Position numbers and translations under genes: made by a program. Shown piece after piece: positions 11,070-20,228 of a stretch of DNA of 64,000 nt. Source of the stretch: Pseudomonadota bacterium (GTDB lineage: Bacteria; Pseudomonadota; Alphaproteobacteria; Sphingomonadales; SMXR01); NCBI GenBank assembly GCA_022566215.1, contig JADFJJ010000002.1, forward strand, positions 19,372 through 83,371, given 5' to 3'. The stretch's first letter is position 1, and each line of letters begins with the position of its first letter. The notes beneath the pieces are model-generated. The model was given only the letters and a program-made list of their open reading frames with translations, made no database searches and had not been told where the DNA came from.

Positions 11070-11732
11070 ATGACCAACATCAGGGAAAATCTAGAAAATA
11101 TAAAAACGGCCTTGGCTGTGGCAGCCCAGCAATCCTCCACCAAGACCACTCCGGTACTGGTTGCCGTCAGCAAAAGCCACGACCGCCGAGCAGTCGGTGA
11201 AGCGCTGGTGGCGGGCCACCGGGTTTTCGGTGAAAACAGGGTTCAGGAAGCGGAACAGAAATGGCCGCCTCTGAGGAAGGAATACCCGGATGTTGAACTG
11301 CACCTGATTGGCCCGCTGCAAACCAACAAGGTTAAGGGGGCGGTGCGGCTGTTTGATGTAATCCAGACGCTCGATAGGCTCAAACTGGCCAAGGCATTGG
11401 CCCGGGCAATGGAAACATCGGGCCGCTTTCCCAAACTATTGGTCCAGGTCAATACCGGGGAAGAGCCGCAAAAGAGTGGAGTGACGCCACAAGAACTGGG
11501 CGCCTTTTTGAAGGAATGCAACGATCTGGGTCTCAAAATAGAGGGCCTTATGTGCCTCCCGCCGGCGGATGAGGAGCCGGCCATGCATTTTGCTCTGCTG
11601 AAGAAACTGGCCCAGCATTTTGGCCTGAAGGAGTTGAGCATGGGGATGAGTCAGGATTATAAAACCGCCGTGGCGCTGGGGGCAACCCATGTCAGGGTGG
11701 GGACGGCTATCTTTGGCCCGCGAGGCCCCTAA
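11070..11732 (+). CDS. yggS: YggS-family pyridoxal-phosphate homeostasis protein
   Basis: Contains VAVSKSH (PLP lysine), HRVFGENRVQEA, HLIGPLQTNKV and LSMGMSQDY, which are hallmark YggS motifs. The track ORF starts at GTG 11046, but ATG 11070 fits the family N-terminus. Confidence 0.88.
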   Translation: MTNIRENLENIKTALAVAAQQSSTKTTPVLVAVSKSHDRRAVGEALVAGHRVFGENRVQEAEQKWPPLRKEYPDVELHLIGPLQTNKVKGAVRLFDVIQTLDRLKLAKALARAMETSGRFPKLLVQVNTGEEPQKSGVTPQELGAFLKECNDLGLKIEGLMCLPPADEEPAMHFALLKKLAQHFGLKELSMGMSQDYKTAVALGATHVRVGTAIFGPRGP

Positions 11733-11947
11733 CCAGCCTTTCCCGGGGACAGCCATAGACGGCCCCTTCAAAATTAGCCAAACCCAAGGCCGGTTTCCTC
11801 TTACCTGAGAAAACCCGCAGCACCATATAATTATCCAGATTCCTATGAAAAGGCTTCATATAACCCGCTCCTGATGCTAAACATTTCTTCCTAAACATAG
11901 CAAAATCAAGGTTTAAAATTTATAAAAAGGAGTGGAATAAAGACTTT

Positions 11948-12643
11948 GTGACCAACCCGAAAAAAATACTGATTGTGGACGATGACAAGGACCTGCGTGA
12001 GGAGCTTAAAGAGCAATTCCTGCTGCATGAAGAATCCCATGCCGATGAAGCTGGCAGCGGGATGGCAGGACTGAAGCTTCTTGAAACCAATCGGTATGAC
12101 GTCATTATTCTGGATGTCGGCCTGCCGGACATGGATGGCCGTGAGGTTTGCAAAATTATCCGCCGTATGGGAATCAAGGTTCCAATCATCATGCTGACCG
12201 GCGCCGATACCGAAGCCGATATGATCCTGGGTCTTGATTCTGGGGCCAATGATTATGTCACCAAACCGTTCCGGTTCGGGGTTTTACTGGCCCGCATTCG
12301 CGCGCATCTGCGCCAGCACCAGCAAAGCGAGGACGCGGTCTTTGTCATTGGCCCGTATTCCTTCCGGCCGGGTGTAAAACTTCTTATCCATGCCGAGACC
12401 GAGGGCAAAATCCGCCTAACCGAAAAGGAAACGTCGATCTTGAAATATTTATTAAAGGCAAAAGGGAAGCCAATAAGCCGCAGGGAGCTTTTGGATGAAG
12501 TCTGGGGCTACAACGCAGGCGTCACCACCCACACTCTGGAAACCCATATATACCGGCTGAGGCAAAAAATTGAGGAAACCCCCTCCCAAGCCCGGCTGCT
12601 TCTGACTGAACCCGGTGGATACCGCTTGGCGGCGGAAGGTTAA
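11948..12643 (+). CDS. OmpR-family response regulator (receiver + winged-helix DNA-binding domain)
   Basis: 231 aa. KILIVDDD, DVIILDVGLPDMDG (phospho-Asp) and TKPF make up the receiver. The C-terminal THTLETHIYRLRQKIE is a wHTH. GTG start, and no kinase gene is adjacent. Confidence 0.88.
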   Translation: MTNPKKILIVDDDKDLREELKEQFLLHEESHADEAGSGMAGLKLLETNRYDVIILDVGLPDMDGREVCKIIRRMGIKVPIIMLTGADTEADMILGLDSGANDYVTKPFRFGVLLARIRAHLRQHQQSEDAVFVIGPYSFRPGVKLLIHAETEGKIRLTEKETSILKYLLKAKGKPISRRELLDEVWGYNAGVTTHTLETHIYRLRQKIEETPSQARLLLTEPGGYRLAAEG

Positions 12644-12652
12644 TTCCAAAAG

Positions 12653-13357
12653 TTAACGCCGGCGTCGGCGTTCAAAGCGTTTATTGCGCGGGTCTTCGAA
12701 TTTCCATAGATCGTCGTCTAAGGGTATATTTATTTCACTGCCTGACAGCACCACCCGGGTCAGGGAGCCTTTGGCGTCAACAACTTCCCAGCTGTCCAGC
12801 AGCAAGGGACTGTCCCCGCTTTTTCCTGAGCCGGTGAAATAAAGCGTCAGGGTTCCCTGCTCCGGCTTGTCCGGATCATAGGTCGAGACCATCGTTACCG
12901 GTCCGGTCTCAGTCGGAATGGTGGCAAGCTCAACATTATCACCCAGAACTATGTCTTCTTGCAGCAGCAGGGCCAACGGCGTTTCAGCTACCGGCCACTT
13001 GGTAATCTGACCGATTTCATAGTCGATCAAATTAACAATGGCGCCATCGCTGACGATCAGCAAGGGGTTGTCTTCGGTGTATTCAAACCTGATCTTGCCG
13101 GGACGCTCCATGTACATCGTTCCTTTTGCCATGGAGCCATCGGCGGCAATCTGGATGAAATTAGCGCGCATGGTTTTAATGCTGTTTAAAAATCCCTGGA
13201 TGCTTTCAAGAGAGGCGCCAGCGGTGTAATCATTCGCCACTTCAAGGGTCTCCAGCGGCGGAAGAGCTTCTGTTTCCTGCCCCAGAACAAAGCTGCCCCC
13301 GCCCGAAAAGAAAACCAGGATGAAAAGCATGAGGATAGCAAATAAGGGCTGTCGCAT
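12653..13357 (-). CDS. lolA: outer-membrane lipoprotein carrier protein LolA family
   Basis: 234 aa with signal peptide. FIQIAADGSMAKGTMYMERPGKIRFEY is typical of LolA. The position downstream of ftsK is conserved. Confidence 0.75.
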   Translation of the reverse strand: MRQPLFAILMLFILVFFSGGGSFVLGQETEALPPLETLEVANDYTAGASLESIQGFLNSIKTMRANFIQIAADGSMAKGTMYMERPGKIRFEYTEDNPLLIVSDGAIVNLIDYEIGQITKWPVAETPLALLLQEDIVLGDNVELATIPTETGPVTMVSTYDPDKPEQGTLTLYFTGSGKSGDSPLLLDSWEVVDAKGSLTRVVLSGSEINIPLDDDLWKFEDPRNKRFERRRRR

Positions 13358-13377
13358 TTTCTAAATCCGTTATTTTA

Positions 13378-13404
13378 TTAAAAACATCCTAACTGATAGG
13401 ATGT
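13378..13404 (-). terminator. possible intrinsic terminator after ftsK
   Basis: The minus-strand transcript reads ACATCCT-ATCAGTT-AGGATGT followed by TTTT. The stem is AT-rich and therefore weak. Confidence 0.35.
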
Positions 13405-13425
13405 GAATGCCGGGTGAACAACCCC

Positions 13426-15768
13426 TTAAACTTCAGGAAGCAGAACTTCGCGTCGGCCTTTGTGATTGGGAGCGCTGACCACTCCGTCGTCTTCCATCCG
13501 CTCGATCAATGTTGCTGCCCGGTTATAGCCAATCGACAACCGGCGCTGCAGGTAACTGGTTGAAGCTTTCCGGTCGCGCTGGATAATTTCCAGGGCCCTT
13601 TGGTACAACTCATCTCCGCCCCCGGTGCTGCCTGGAATAAAGGGCGAATCAAACCCGCCCGCCGGTTCTTCCGTGACATCATAAATATAATCCGGCTGTC
13701 CCTGGCGTTTCAATTGGGCGACCACGGTTTCAACCTCCTGGTCGCTGACAAACGGCCCATGGACGCGTTTTATACGGCCGCTGCCGGACATGAACAGCAG
13801 GTCTCCACGTCCCAGCAGCTGCTCCGCCCCCTGTTCGCCAAGAATTGTCCGGCTGTCGATCTTGGAGGTAACCTGAAAGGCGATCCGGGTCGGGAAATTG
13901 GCCTTGATAGTTCCGGTAATGACATCCACCGAGGGTCTTTGGGTAGCCATGATCAGGTGAATGCCGCCGGCCCGGGCCATTTGCGCCAGCCGCTGGACTA
14001 TTGCCTCAACGTCCTTGCCCGCCACCAGCATCAGGTCGGCCATTTCATCGATGACGATGACAATTTGCGGGTAGGGCTTGAGGTCAAATTCCTGCATTTC
14101 ATAAAGCGGTTCACCGGTTTCCGGGTCAAATCCGGTTTGCACCTGGCGCTTAATGGTCTTCCCTTTCTTGATCGCCTCGCTAACCAGGCGGTTATAGGCC
14201 CCGAGACTCCTGACCCCTAACTTGGACATGGCGCGGTAGCGGTCCTCCATTTCCTTGACCGCCCATTTAAGGGCGATAATCGCCTTTTTCGGTTCGGTCA
14301 CTACCGGGGTCAAGAGGTGCGGAATGCCGTCGTATACCGAAAGCTCCAGCATCTTGGGGTCGACCATGATGAACCTGCACTGGTCCGGCGTCAGCTTGTA
14401 GAGGAGCGAAAGGATCATGGCATTCAGGCCCACTGACTTTCCGGACCCGGTGGTCCCCGCAACCAGCAAATGCGGCATTGAGGCAAGATCTACAATCACC
14501 GCGTTGCCGCTGATATCCTTGCCCAGGGCCAGAGCCAGATTGCCCCGGCTTTTTTCAAAATCGGCCGAGGACAGCAAATCTCTTAAATAAACCGTTTTGC
14601 GGTCCAGGTTCGGCAACTCGATACCGATAACGTTGCGTCCCGGGACGATTGCGATACGGGCGGAAATAGCGCTCATGGAACGGGCAATGTCGTCAGCCAG
14701 ACTGATAACCCGGGCCGATTTGGTTCCGGGGGCCGGTTCCAGTTCGTACAGCGTAACCACCGGGCCAGGCCAGACCTTGACGATTTCCCCCTGGATGCCA
14801 AAGTCGTCCAGTACGCTCTCCAACATCCGGGCATTTTGCTCAAGCGCGATTTTGTCTATTTTTTCGCGGGTATTTTCTTCCGGCGCTTCGTTCAAAAGAT
14901 CCAGGGTCGGGAGCTTGAATTTTTTACCGCCGCCGAAATCCATTGCCTGCTGGCGTTCGGCCAGACGCCGTTCGCCAAGGCGGGTTTTGGCCGGGGAGTG
15001 TATTTCTTTTTTGCTGGTGGAGAGGCCCCCCATAACCGGCTCACGCCGGTTGCGCTGGTTCCTTCGCTGAACCCCGCCTTCCCTGGTCCGGAACAACAGG
15101 TCATATAGCTTGACGGCCAGCGCCGCTATCGCCCGGACCACGGTGAGAAGCCCACCCCTGATACTGCGGGCTATTCCCTTCCAGTCCTCTTTGTCGAGAC
15201 CAAGGGTATAAAGCAGGGGGACAAAACCGACCAAGACCCAAAAGAGAGCAATGTAAGCATAAGAAGGTATTCCAAAAGCCGGGACATAAGCGTAGATGGG
15301 AGCGAAAAGACTATTTAAAGCCTCCCCCAAAAGGCCGCCATACCCTACCGACGAAAAATACCGGTCCGGGTGTTGCGGGATAACGGCAAATACGGCCGCC
15401 CAGAATGTCACCATAAAAGGAAGGGCGGCCAACCGGCCCCAAAACCGGTCAACCCGTTTCAGGGCGCCTACCCGCCAGGCCCAGGTCAGAAGCGGCAGGA
15501 TTAATATAAATGCCGAAAACCCCAAAGTTTGCATCAGGACATCCGCGGCATAGGCGCCAATATAGCCGAGCAGGTTTTCAGGGTCGCTGCTGGAGCCCGA
15601 AAGCGGCCCGGGGTCCTGCTGGTTATAGGAAAGCAGCGCCACCGCCAGGGTAACAAAGGCCAGGGCAAGGGCGATCCCGCTAATACGCAACCCCATACGG
15701 GCAAAAAAGGCCCGGGCCTTTTCCGGCAGGAGAGGGGCTTTTTTAGGGGTTTGAACGCGTCTTGCCAC
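13426..15768 (-). CDS. ftsK: DNA translocase FtsK
   Basis: 780 aa with N-terminal TM helices, Walker A VAGTTGSGKS and a C-terminal gamma winged-helix (YQRALEIIQRDRKASTSYLQRRLSIGYNRAA). Confidence 0.97.
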   Translation of the reverse strand: MARRVQTPKKAPLLPEKARAFFARMGLRISGIALALAFVTLAVALLSYNQQDPGPLSGSSSDPENLLGYIGAYAADVLMQTLGFSAFILILPLLTWAWRVGALKRVDRFWGRLAALPFMVTFWAAVFAVIPQHPDRYFSSVGYGGLLGEALNSLFAPIYAYVPAFGIPSYAYIALFWVLVGFVPLLYTLGLDKEDWKGIARSIRGGLLTVVRAIAALAVKLYDLLFRTREGGVQRRNQRNRREPVMGGLSTSKKEIHSPAKTRLGERRLAERQQAMDFGGGKKFKLPTLDLLNEAPEENTREKIDKIALEQNARMLESVLDDFGIQGEIVKVWPGPVVTLYELEPAPGTKSARVISLADDIARSMSAISARIAIVPGRNVIGIELPNLDRKTVYLRDLLSSADFEKSRGNLALALGKDISGNAVIVDLASMPHLLVAGTTGSGKSVGLNAMILSLLYKLTPDQCRFIMVDPKMLELSVYDGIPHLLTPVVTEPKKAIIALKWAVKEMEDRYRAMSKLGVRSLGAYNRLVSEAIKKGKTIKRQVQTGFDPETGEPLYEMQEFDLKPYPQIVIVIDEMADLMLVAGKDVEAIVQRLAQMARAGGIHLIMATQRPSVDVITGTIKANFPTRIAFQVTSKIDSRTILGEQGAEQLLGRGDLLFMSGSGRIKRVHGPFVSDQEVETVVAQLKRQGQPDYIYDVTEEPAGGFDSPFIPGSTGGGDELYQRALEIIQRDRKASTSYLQRRLSIGYNRAATLIERMEDDGVVSAPNHKGRREVLLPEV

Positions 15769-15911
15769 AGTTTCCTCTTAAAACATAAATCATTTGCTGC
15801 ACCAGATTAGTCGAAAGGCCCTTTCCTGCCAACGGTTAAGATGACCGAAGCAGTGGAGATTTTTACATAAGGGACTGTACGGACGCCGCATAAAGGGGAT
15901 ATGTAAAATTT

Positions 15912-17156
15912 ATGGGAACCAGGACCGCACAAAAAGCCCTAAAAGGCATTGCCCAGGATGCCATAATTTCCGGCGGCGGCATGATTGGCCTGACCCTCGG
16001 GTGCGGCCTGGCGGCGTGCGGATTGAAGGTTGCGGTTATTGATACTGCCAAGCCGGAAACGCAGATGGCCCGGGCTTTTGATGGGCGGGCATCCGCCATT
16101 GCCTATGCCAGTGCGAAAATGCTGAAAGCTATCGGCGTTTGGAAACATGTGAAAAAATATGTCCAAAGTATCGAGGAAATCCACGTTTCCGACGAAGGCT
16201 CTTCTCTGTTTGTGCATTTTGGGGAAAGTGATGCCGGCAACAAGCCGATGGGCTACATGCTGGAAAACCGCCACACCCGGATAGCGCTTGCAAAACGGCA
16301 AAAAGAGCTCACAAATCTTGATCTTTACGCCCCGGACCGGATCGAAAGCCATGCCACCGGACCTGATGAAGTGACGGTTATCCTGAAAAGCGGAAAAAAA
16401 CTTGCAGCGCCGTTGCTGATTTCCGCCGAAGGGCGGGACAGTCCGCTTAGGGAGCAAGCGGGGATTTCCTTGAATGCCTGGGCTTACAAACAAACCGGAA
16501 TTGTCGCCACGATTGAGCATGAGCTGCCGCATCTGGGCATCGCTTATGAAAAGTTTTTCCCCGAAGGGCCGTTCGCCATCCTGCCGCTGACCGGAAACCG
16601 GTCTTCTCTTGTGTGGAGCACCCGGGAAGAGTTCGCCCCGGTCATCATGGCGCTTACTGACCGGGCCTTTGAGGTGGAAGCAGCCAAAAAGGTCGGCGAT
16701 TTTCTGGGCAAGGTTCGGGTCACCGGTCCCAGGTGGAGCTTTCCCTTGAGTTTCATGCTGGCGGAGCGGGCCACCGATGAGCGCCTGGCGCTAATAGGGG
16801 ATGCCGCGCATGGTATGCACCCGATCGCCGGCCAGGGGCTGAACATGGGTTTCCGCGACGTGGCGGCCCTGGTCGAAGTTCTGGTCAAGGCCAAGCGTGC
16901 GGGCGAAGATTTAGGCTCAGCAGTGGTTCTGGAGCGCTATGAACGCTGGCGGCGGACTGACAATGTTGCGCTGGGCGCCATTACCGATGCCCTGACCCGG
17001 CTGTTTTCAACCGGCATCAAGCCAGTCAAGGCGCTCAGGGATGTGGGGTTGGGCCTGGTGCAAAAGTCCCCGCCGGCCAAGAAGTTTTTTATCAGCCATG
17101 CCCGCGGCACTTTCGGCAAGCTGCCCTCGCTGCTCAAGGGCGAGAAGCCGCTATGA
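15912..17156 (+). CDS. UbiH/UbiF/Coq6-family FAD-dependent ubiquinone hydroxylase
   Basis: 414 aa with an N-terminal FAD-binding motif (ISGGGMIGL) and the GDAAHGMHPIAGQGLN fingerprint of the flavin monooxygenase family. Confidence 0.82.
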   Translation: MGTRTAQKALKGIAQDAIISGGGMIGLTLGCGLAACGLKVAVIDTAKPETQMARAFDGRASAIAYASAKMLKAIGVWKHVKKYVQSIEEIHVSDEGSSLFVHFGESDAGNKPMGYMLENRHTRIALAKRQKELTNLDLYAPDRIESHATGPDEVTVILKSGKKLAAPLLISAEGRDSPLREQAGISLNAWAYKQTGIVATIEHELPHLGIAYEKFFPEGPFAILPLTGNRSSLVWSTREEFAPVIMALTDRAFEVEAAKKVGDFLGKVRVTGPRWSFPLSFMLAERATDERLALIGDAAHGMHPIAGQGLNMGFRDVAALVEVLVKAKRAGEDLGSAVVLERYERWRRTDNVALGAITDALTRLFSTGIKPVKALRDVGLGLVQKSPPAKKFFISHARGTFGKLPSLLKGEKPL

Positions 17157-17160
17157 ATTC

Positions 17161-17337
17161 TCAGGAGCCCAGTTTGCGGGCTTTTTCCACCAGCAGGATC
17201 GGAACACCAGAGCGAATGGGAAAAGCCAGGCCGGCTTTTTTGGAGATCAGCTCCTGATTTTCCCTGTCGTAGGTGAGCGGTGTTTTGGTCAGGGGGCAAA
17301 CCAGGATTTCAAGCAGTTTTGGATCAACTTCCGTCAT
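17161..17337 (-). CDS. Trm112-family small protein
   Basis: 58 aa, [21 protein letters not shown]...IRSGVPILL, which follows the Trm112/YcaR pattern. The track ORF extends upstream to 17409, but the internal ATG matches the family length. Confidence 0.75.
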   Translation of the reverse strand: MTEVDPKLLEILVCPLTKTPLTYDRENQELISKKAGLAFPIRSGVPILLVEKARKLGS

Positions 17338-17350
17338 GCCGGGCCTCTCC

Positions 17351-18253
17351 TCAGGAAAATAAAATAGACGACAGGTGTTTGCGGTTTTCAACCGTAAAAG
17401 GATCCGCAAGACCGGCCGCCTGGAACATTTTCAGAAGCAGCTTGCGGGCGGCTTCGTCGTTCCATTCACGTTCACGGCGGATAATGTCCAACAGGGTGCT
17501 GGCTGCTTGGTCTCGCTGGCCGGCGGCAAACAGATTTTCCGCCAGATCATAGGCGGCCTGGTTATCAGACGGGTTCGCTTCAACTTTCTTTTTTAATTCT
17601 ATCAGGACCCCCTCTTCAGGCTCTTTCCGCGCCAGGTCAAGGGCCGCAAAAGCGCCGGCCAGAGCCCGGTCCCCCTGACTTTTGGCCGGGACCATTTTCA
17701 GGACTCCATGGGCCTTTTCAATCTGGCCCAGTTTAATCAAACACCGGGCCAGTCCGCCGATCGCCTCCAGATTTGAGGGGTCGGCCTGGCTAATCTGCCC
17801 ATAAAGCTCCAGCGCTGGTTCCACTTCGCCCCGCTCCAGAAGTTTTCCGGCTTTGGCCAGGAAATCATCAACCTTCGGGGCATGCGAATCGCCTCCCAGC
17901 TTGGCGATGAACTTGTTGATTTCACTTTCCGGCAGGGCCCCGGAAAAACCATCGACCGCCTCGCCGTCCTTGAAAGCCAGCACGGTCGGCAAAGACTTGA
18001 TGCGAAGTTGGGTCCCCAGTTCCTGGTTTTCATCGGCATTGATCTTGACCAGTTTGACCGCGCCATTTGCCGCCAACACCGCCTTTTCCAGCAATGGCGT
18101 CAGGGTTTTGCAGGGCTGGCACCAATCGGCCCAGAAATCCACCAGCACCGGCACCGCCTTTGAGGCTTCAACCACATCCACCATGAAGGTTGAGACATTG
18201 CCATCCCTGATCAGGCTGTCGTCAATTTTGCCGTCGGCAAGCGTCATGTTCAA
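17351..18253 (-). CDS. thioredoxin-domain plus TPR protein (YbbN/CnoX-like co-chaperone)
   Basis: 300 aa with N-terminal thioredoxin fold and [12 protein letters not shown]. The C-terminal half is TPR-like helical repeats. Confidence 0.75.
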   Translation of the reverse strand: MNMTLADGKIDDSLIRDGNVSTFMVDVVEASKAVPVLVDFWADWCQPCKTLTPLLEKAVLAANGAVKLVKINADENQELGTQLRIKSLPTVLAFKDGEAVDGFSGALPESEINKFIAKLGGDSHAPKVDDFLAKAGKLLERGEVEPALELYGQISQADPSNLEAIGGLARCLIKLGQIEKAHGVLKMVPAKSQGDRALAGAFAALDLARKEPEEGVLIELKKKVEANPSDNQAAYDLAENLFAAGQRDQAASTLLDIIRREREWNDEAARKLLLKMFQAAGLADPFTVENRKHLSSILFS

Positions 18254-18310
18254 ATCCTTAAATCTTTGCGCACCATAGTATTTAATGCACCGGATAGCCA
18301 GCGCAAGGCA

Positions 18311-18814
18311 TCAGGCTGTTTTCATGATCTTGGGCGAAAAGCCATAATGACGGATAAATTTCAGCAGATCATCCGGCTTGACGGCAACCGTTGCTTCGTT
18401 ATGGAGCGGGTGAAAATTGACGATATCAAAGATGAGCAGTTTTTCATCCACAACCACAGTGAGGGCGGCTTTATCAGACCCTTCCGGTACATTCATCAGG
18501 GCATAGGGGGTGACCGCGCCAGGGGTGACCCCCAAGACTTTTTCCAGGCGCTCCGGATTGCCAAAGCTGAATCGGCCGAGGCCGAGCGTTTTGGCCAGCG
18601 CCTTCAAATCAAGGCGCACATCCTCATGGACGGCGGCCAGCACCATATTTCCCTTCTTGTCCTTCAAAAACAAGCATTTGCAATGCCCGCCCGGCATATG
18701 CTGGCGGTATTTACGGCAATCATCGACAGTAAAAAACGGGGGGTGGCGGAAGATTTTGAAGCCGATGCCAAGTTTTTTAAAAACGTCCAGAAGGTCTTTT
18801 TCACAAGCAGCCAT
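18311..18814 (-). CDS. YbaK/ProX-type aminoacyl-tRNA deacylase domain protein
   Basis: Contains GGHCKCLFLKDKKG and LGVTPGAVTPYAL, typical of the YbaK/prolyl-tRNA-synthetase-associated editing domain. Start set at ATG 18814 (MAACEKD). Confidence 0.7.
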   Translation of the reverse strand: MAACEKDLLDVFKKLGIGFKIFRHPPFFTVDDCRKYRQHMPGGHCKCLFLKDKKGNMVLAAVHEDVRLDLKALAKTLGLGRFSFGNPERLEKVLGVTPGAVTPYALMNVPEGSDKAALTVVVDEKLLIFDIVNFHPLHNEATVAVKPDDLLKFIRHYGFSPKIMKTA

Positions 18815-18880
18815 GGGGCAAGGGGTAGGGTCTCGCCGCGCCGCTGACAAGGGGAAAATGGGGGACAGTGAAGATTCCTG

Positions 18881-18908
18881 TTGCATTAGCCGCCTTGTTT
18901 ATTATATT
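18881..18908 (+). promoter_or_regulatory. candidate sigma70-type promoter for tRNA-Gly(GCC)
   Basis: TTGCAT-N16-TATATT read at 18881-18908, 42 nt upstream of the tRNA. Confidence 0.4.
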
Positions 18909-18949
18909 CCGGCCATCTCCCGGGGATAAATTATCCCCTGCCTCAGGAT

Positions 18950-19024
18950 GCGGGCGTAGCTCAGGGGTAGAGCACAACCTTGCCAAGGTTGGGGTCGTGA
19001 GTTCGAATCTCATCGCCCGCTCCA
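18950..19024 (+). tRNA. tRNA-Gly (anticodon GCC)
   Basis: Cloverleaf folded by hand. Acceptor GCGGGCG/CGCCCGC, anticodon loop TTGCCAA, T-loop GTTCGAATC and an encoded CCA. Confidence 0.95.
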
Positions 19025-19153
19025 CCCTTCGCCCTTCGGGCTTCGGGTGGCTGACGCCATCCGAAAACGAAGTTTGGGCGAAGGAGTGTCCTCCGAAGCC
19101 TTGGCGTAGGAGGACCGGCGCAGCAAGGCCTTTTGTGGGCGAAGTAAATCTCA

Positions 19154-20140
19154 TCATTTGGATAAATTTATTTTTTTGTCAGCCTCTAAAACGAAGTTAG
19201 TCAACTTAACACGAATTTGTTGCAGTGATTTTGGGCCAAGCTCTGGAATGATGGCGTTGTGCATTAAAGAGTTTCTCCAATCAAGAATTTTATTAAATAA
19301 AGAGTGGTCGAATACCTTTTCAATATCCTCATCCCAGATACAAAATTTCTTTCTTTTAGAAATAATTCCCCTAATATTTATTCCATCAACTAAATTCCTA
19401 AAACCTTCATTGGTAACGTTTGGCGCATCAAGCCAAAATAAACCCCTCATAATAGTTTCTAAAGAAATTACAAAAAATAATAACGCACCTTCCTTATCCC
19501 CCATCTCCTGTCGGTGATAAGCGTCATAAAGAAAATCAAACCAAACTGGCGAAGTTAAACCCTTTGAAAGTGCCTCCTGTGTTTTTTTAAAAGTTTTTTC
19601 CGTTATCGGAGTATCCATTCGGGCACTTAAATAAATTGGCCCCCCATAAACCCTAATTAAATTTTCACCAGCCAGCAGTTCAAAACCCCCTCCTGAAGAG
19701 GGGCCGGTTTGATAAGAAGGCCTTAAAATATTTCGTTTTGCTTTCCATCTAAGAACTCTAGAAAAATTAGAGAAGGCCCTAGCCGGAATATCTTGGTGTT
19801 TTTCTAAAATAGATTTGAATTTCTTTTCTAACGTTTCTGAATAATGATCAATCCTAATTGAGTTATCTTCTAATGCTTTAGCTGGAATTTTTGTAGGAGT
19901 TTGGGTATCAATGTAAATCTCAATCCTTGTTACTTCATAAAATACTTCACCCTTAACTTCTCCCCGCTTTTCCAAAAAATTAAATGTTTTGTTTTTTGAC
20001 TTAGGAGGGATTTCTATTGTCACGGGAAAATTATCAAATTGAAAAGAAAATTTTCTGCCCAGAAAGCGCTCGCTAACTGGAAAAAAAATTACACTAAACC
20101 CCTTATTCAAAAAAATCGGCAAGGCCTTATCTTCTTGCAT
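19154..20140 (-). CDS. hypothetical protein with a C-terminal HEPN-like domain (R-N-x-x-x-H motif); candidate RNase toxin or defence protein
   Basis: 328-aa ORF and the only long ORF in the islet. DWRNSLMHN is encoded at 19259-19276, within a helical C-terminal ~130 aa. I recognise nothing in the N-terminal ~190 aa. Confidence 0.5.
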   Translation of the reverse strand: MQEDKALPIFLNKGFSVIFFPVSERFLGRKFSFQFDNFPVTIEIPPKSKNKTFNFLEKRGEVKGEVFYEVTRIEIYIDTQTPTKIPAKALEDNSIRIDHYSETLEKKFKSILEKHQDIPARAFSNFSRVLRWKAKRNILRPSYQTGPSSGGGFELLAGENLIRVYGGPIYLSARMDTPITEKTFKKTQEALSKGLTSPVWFDFLYDAYHRQEMGDKEGALLFFVISLETIMRGLFWLDAPNVTNEGFRNLVDGINIRGIISKRKKFCIWDEDIEKVFDHSLFNKILDWRNSLMHNAIIPELGPKSLQQIRVKLTNFVLEADKKINLSK

Positions 20141-20228
20141 AAAAATTCTCTTTACTTTGGATTCGTCTTAGATTCTACTGGCTTAAGGGTGCGACGCTTG
20201 CCACCTTTACTAATTTACGGATTATAAA

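Noticed and set aside
18801-19157. 118-aa minus-strand ORF containing MRFELTTPTLARLCSTPELRPH
   Set aside because: It reads straight through the antisense strand of tRNA-Gly(GCC). This peptide is the well-known artefact of translating a tRNA gene's complement.
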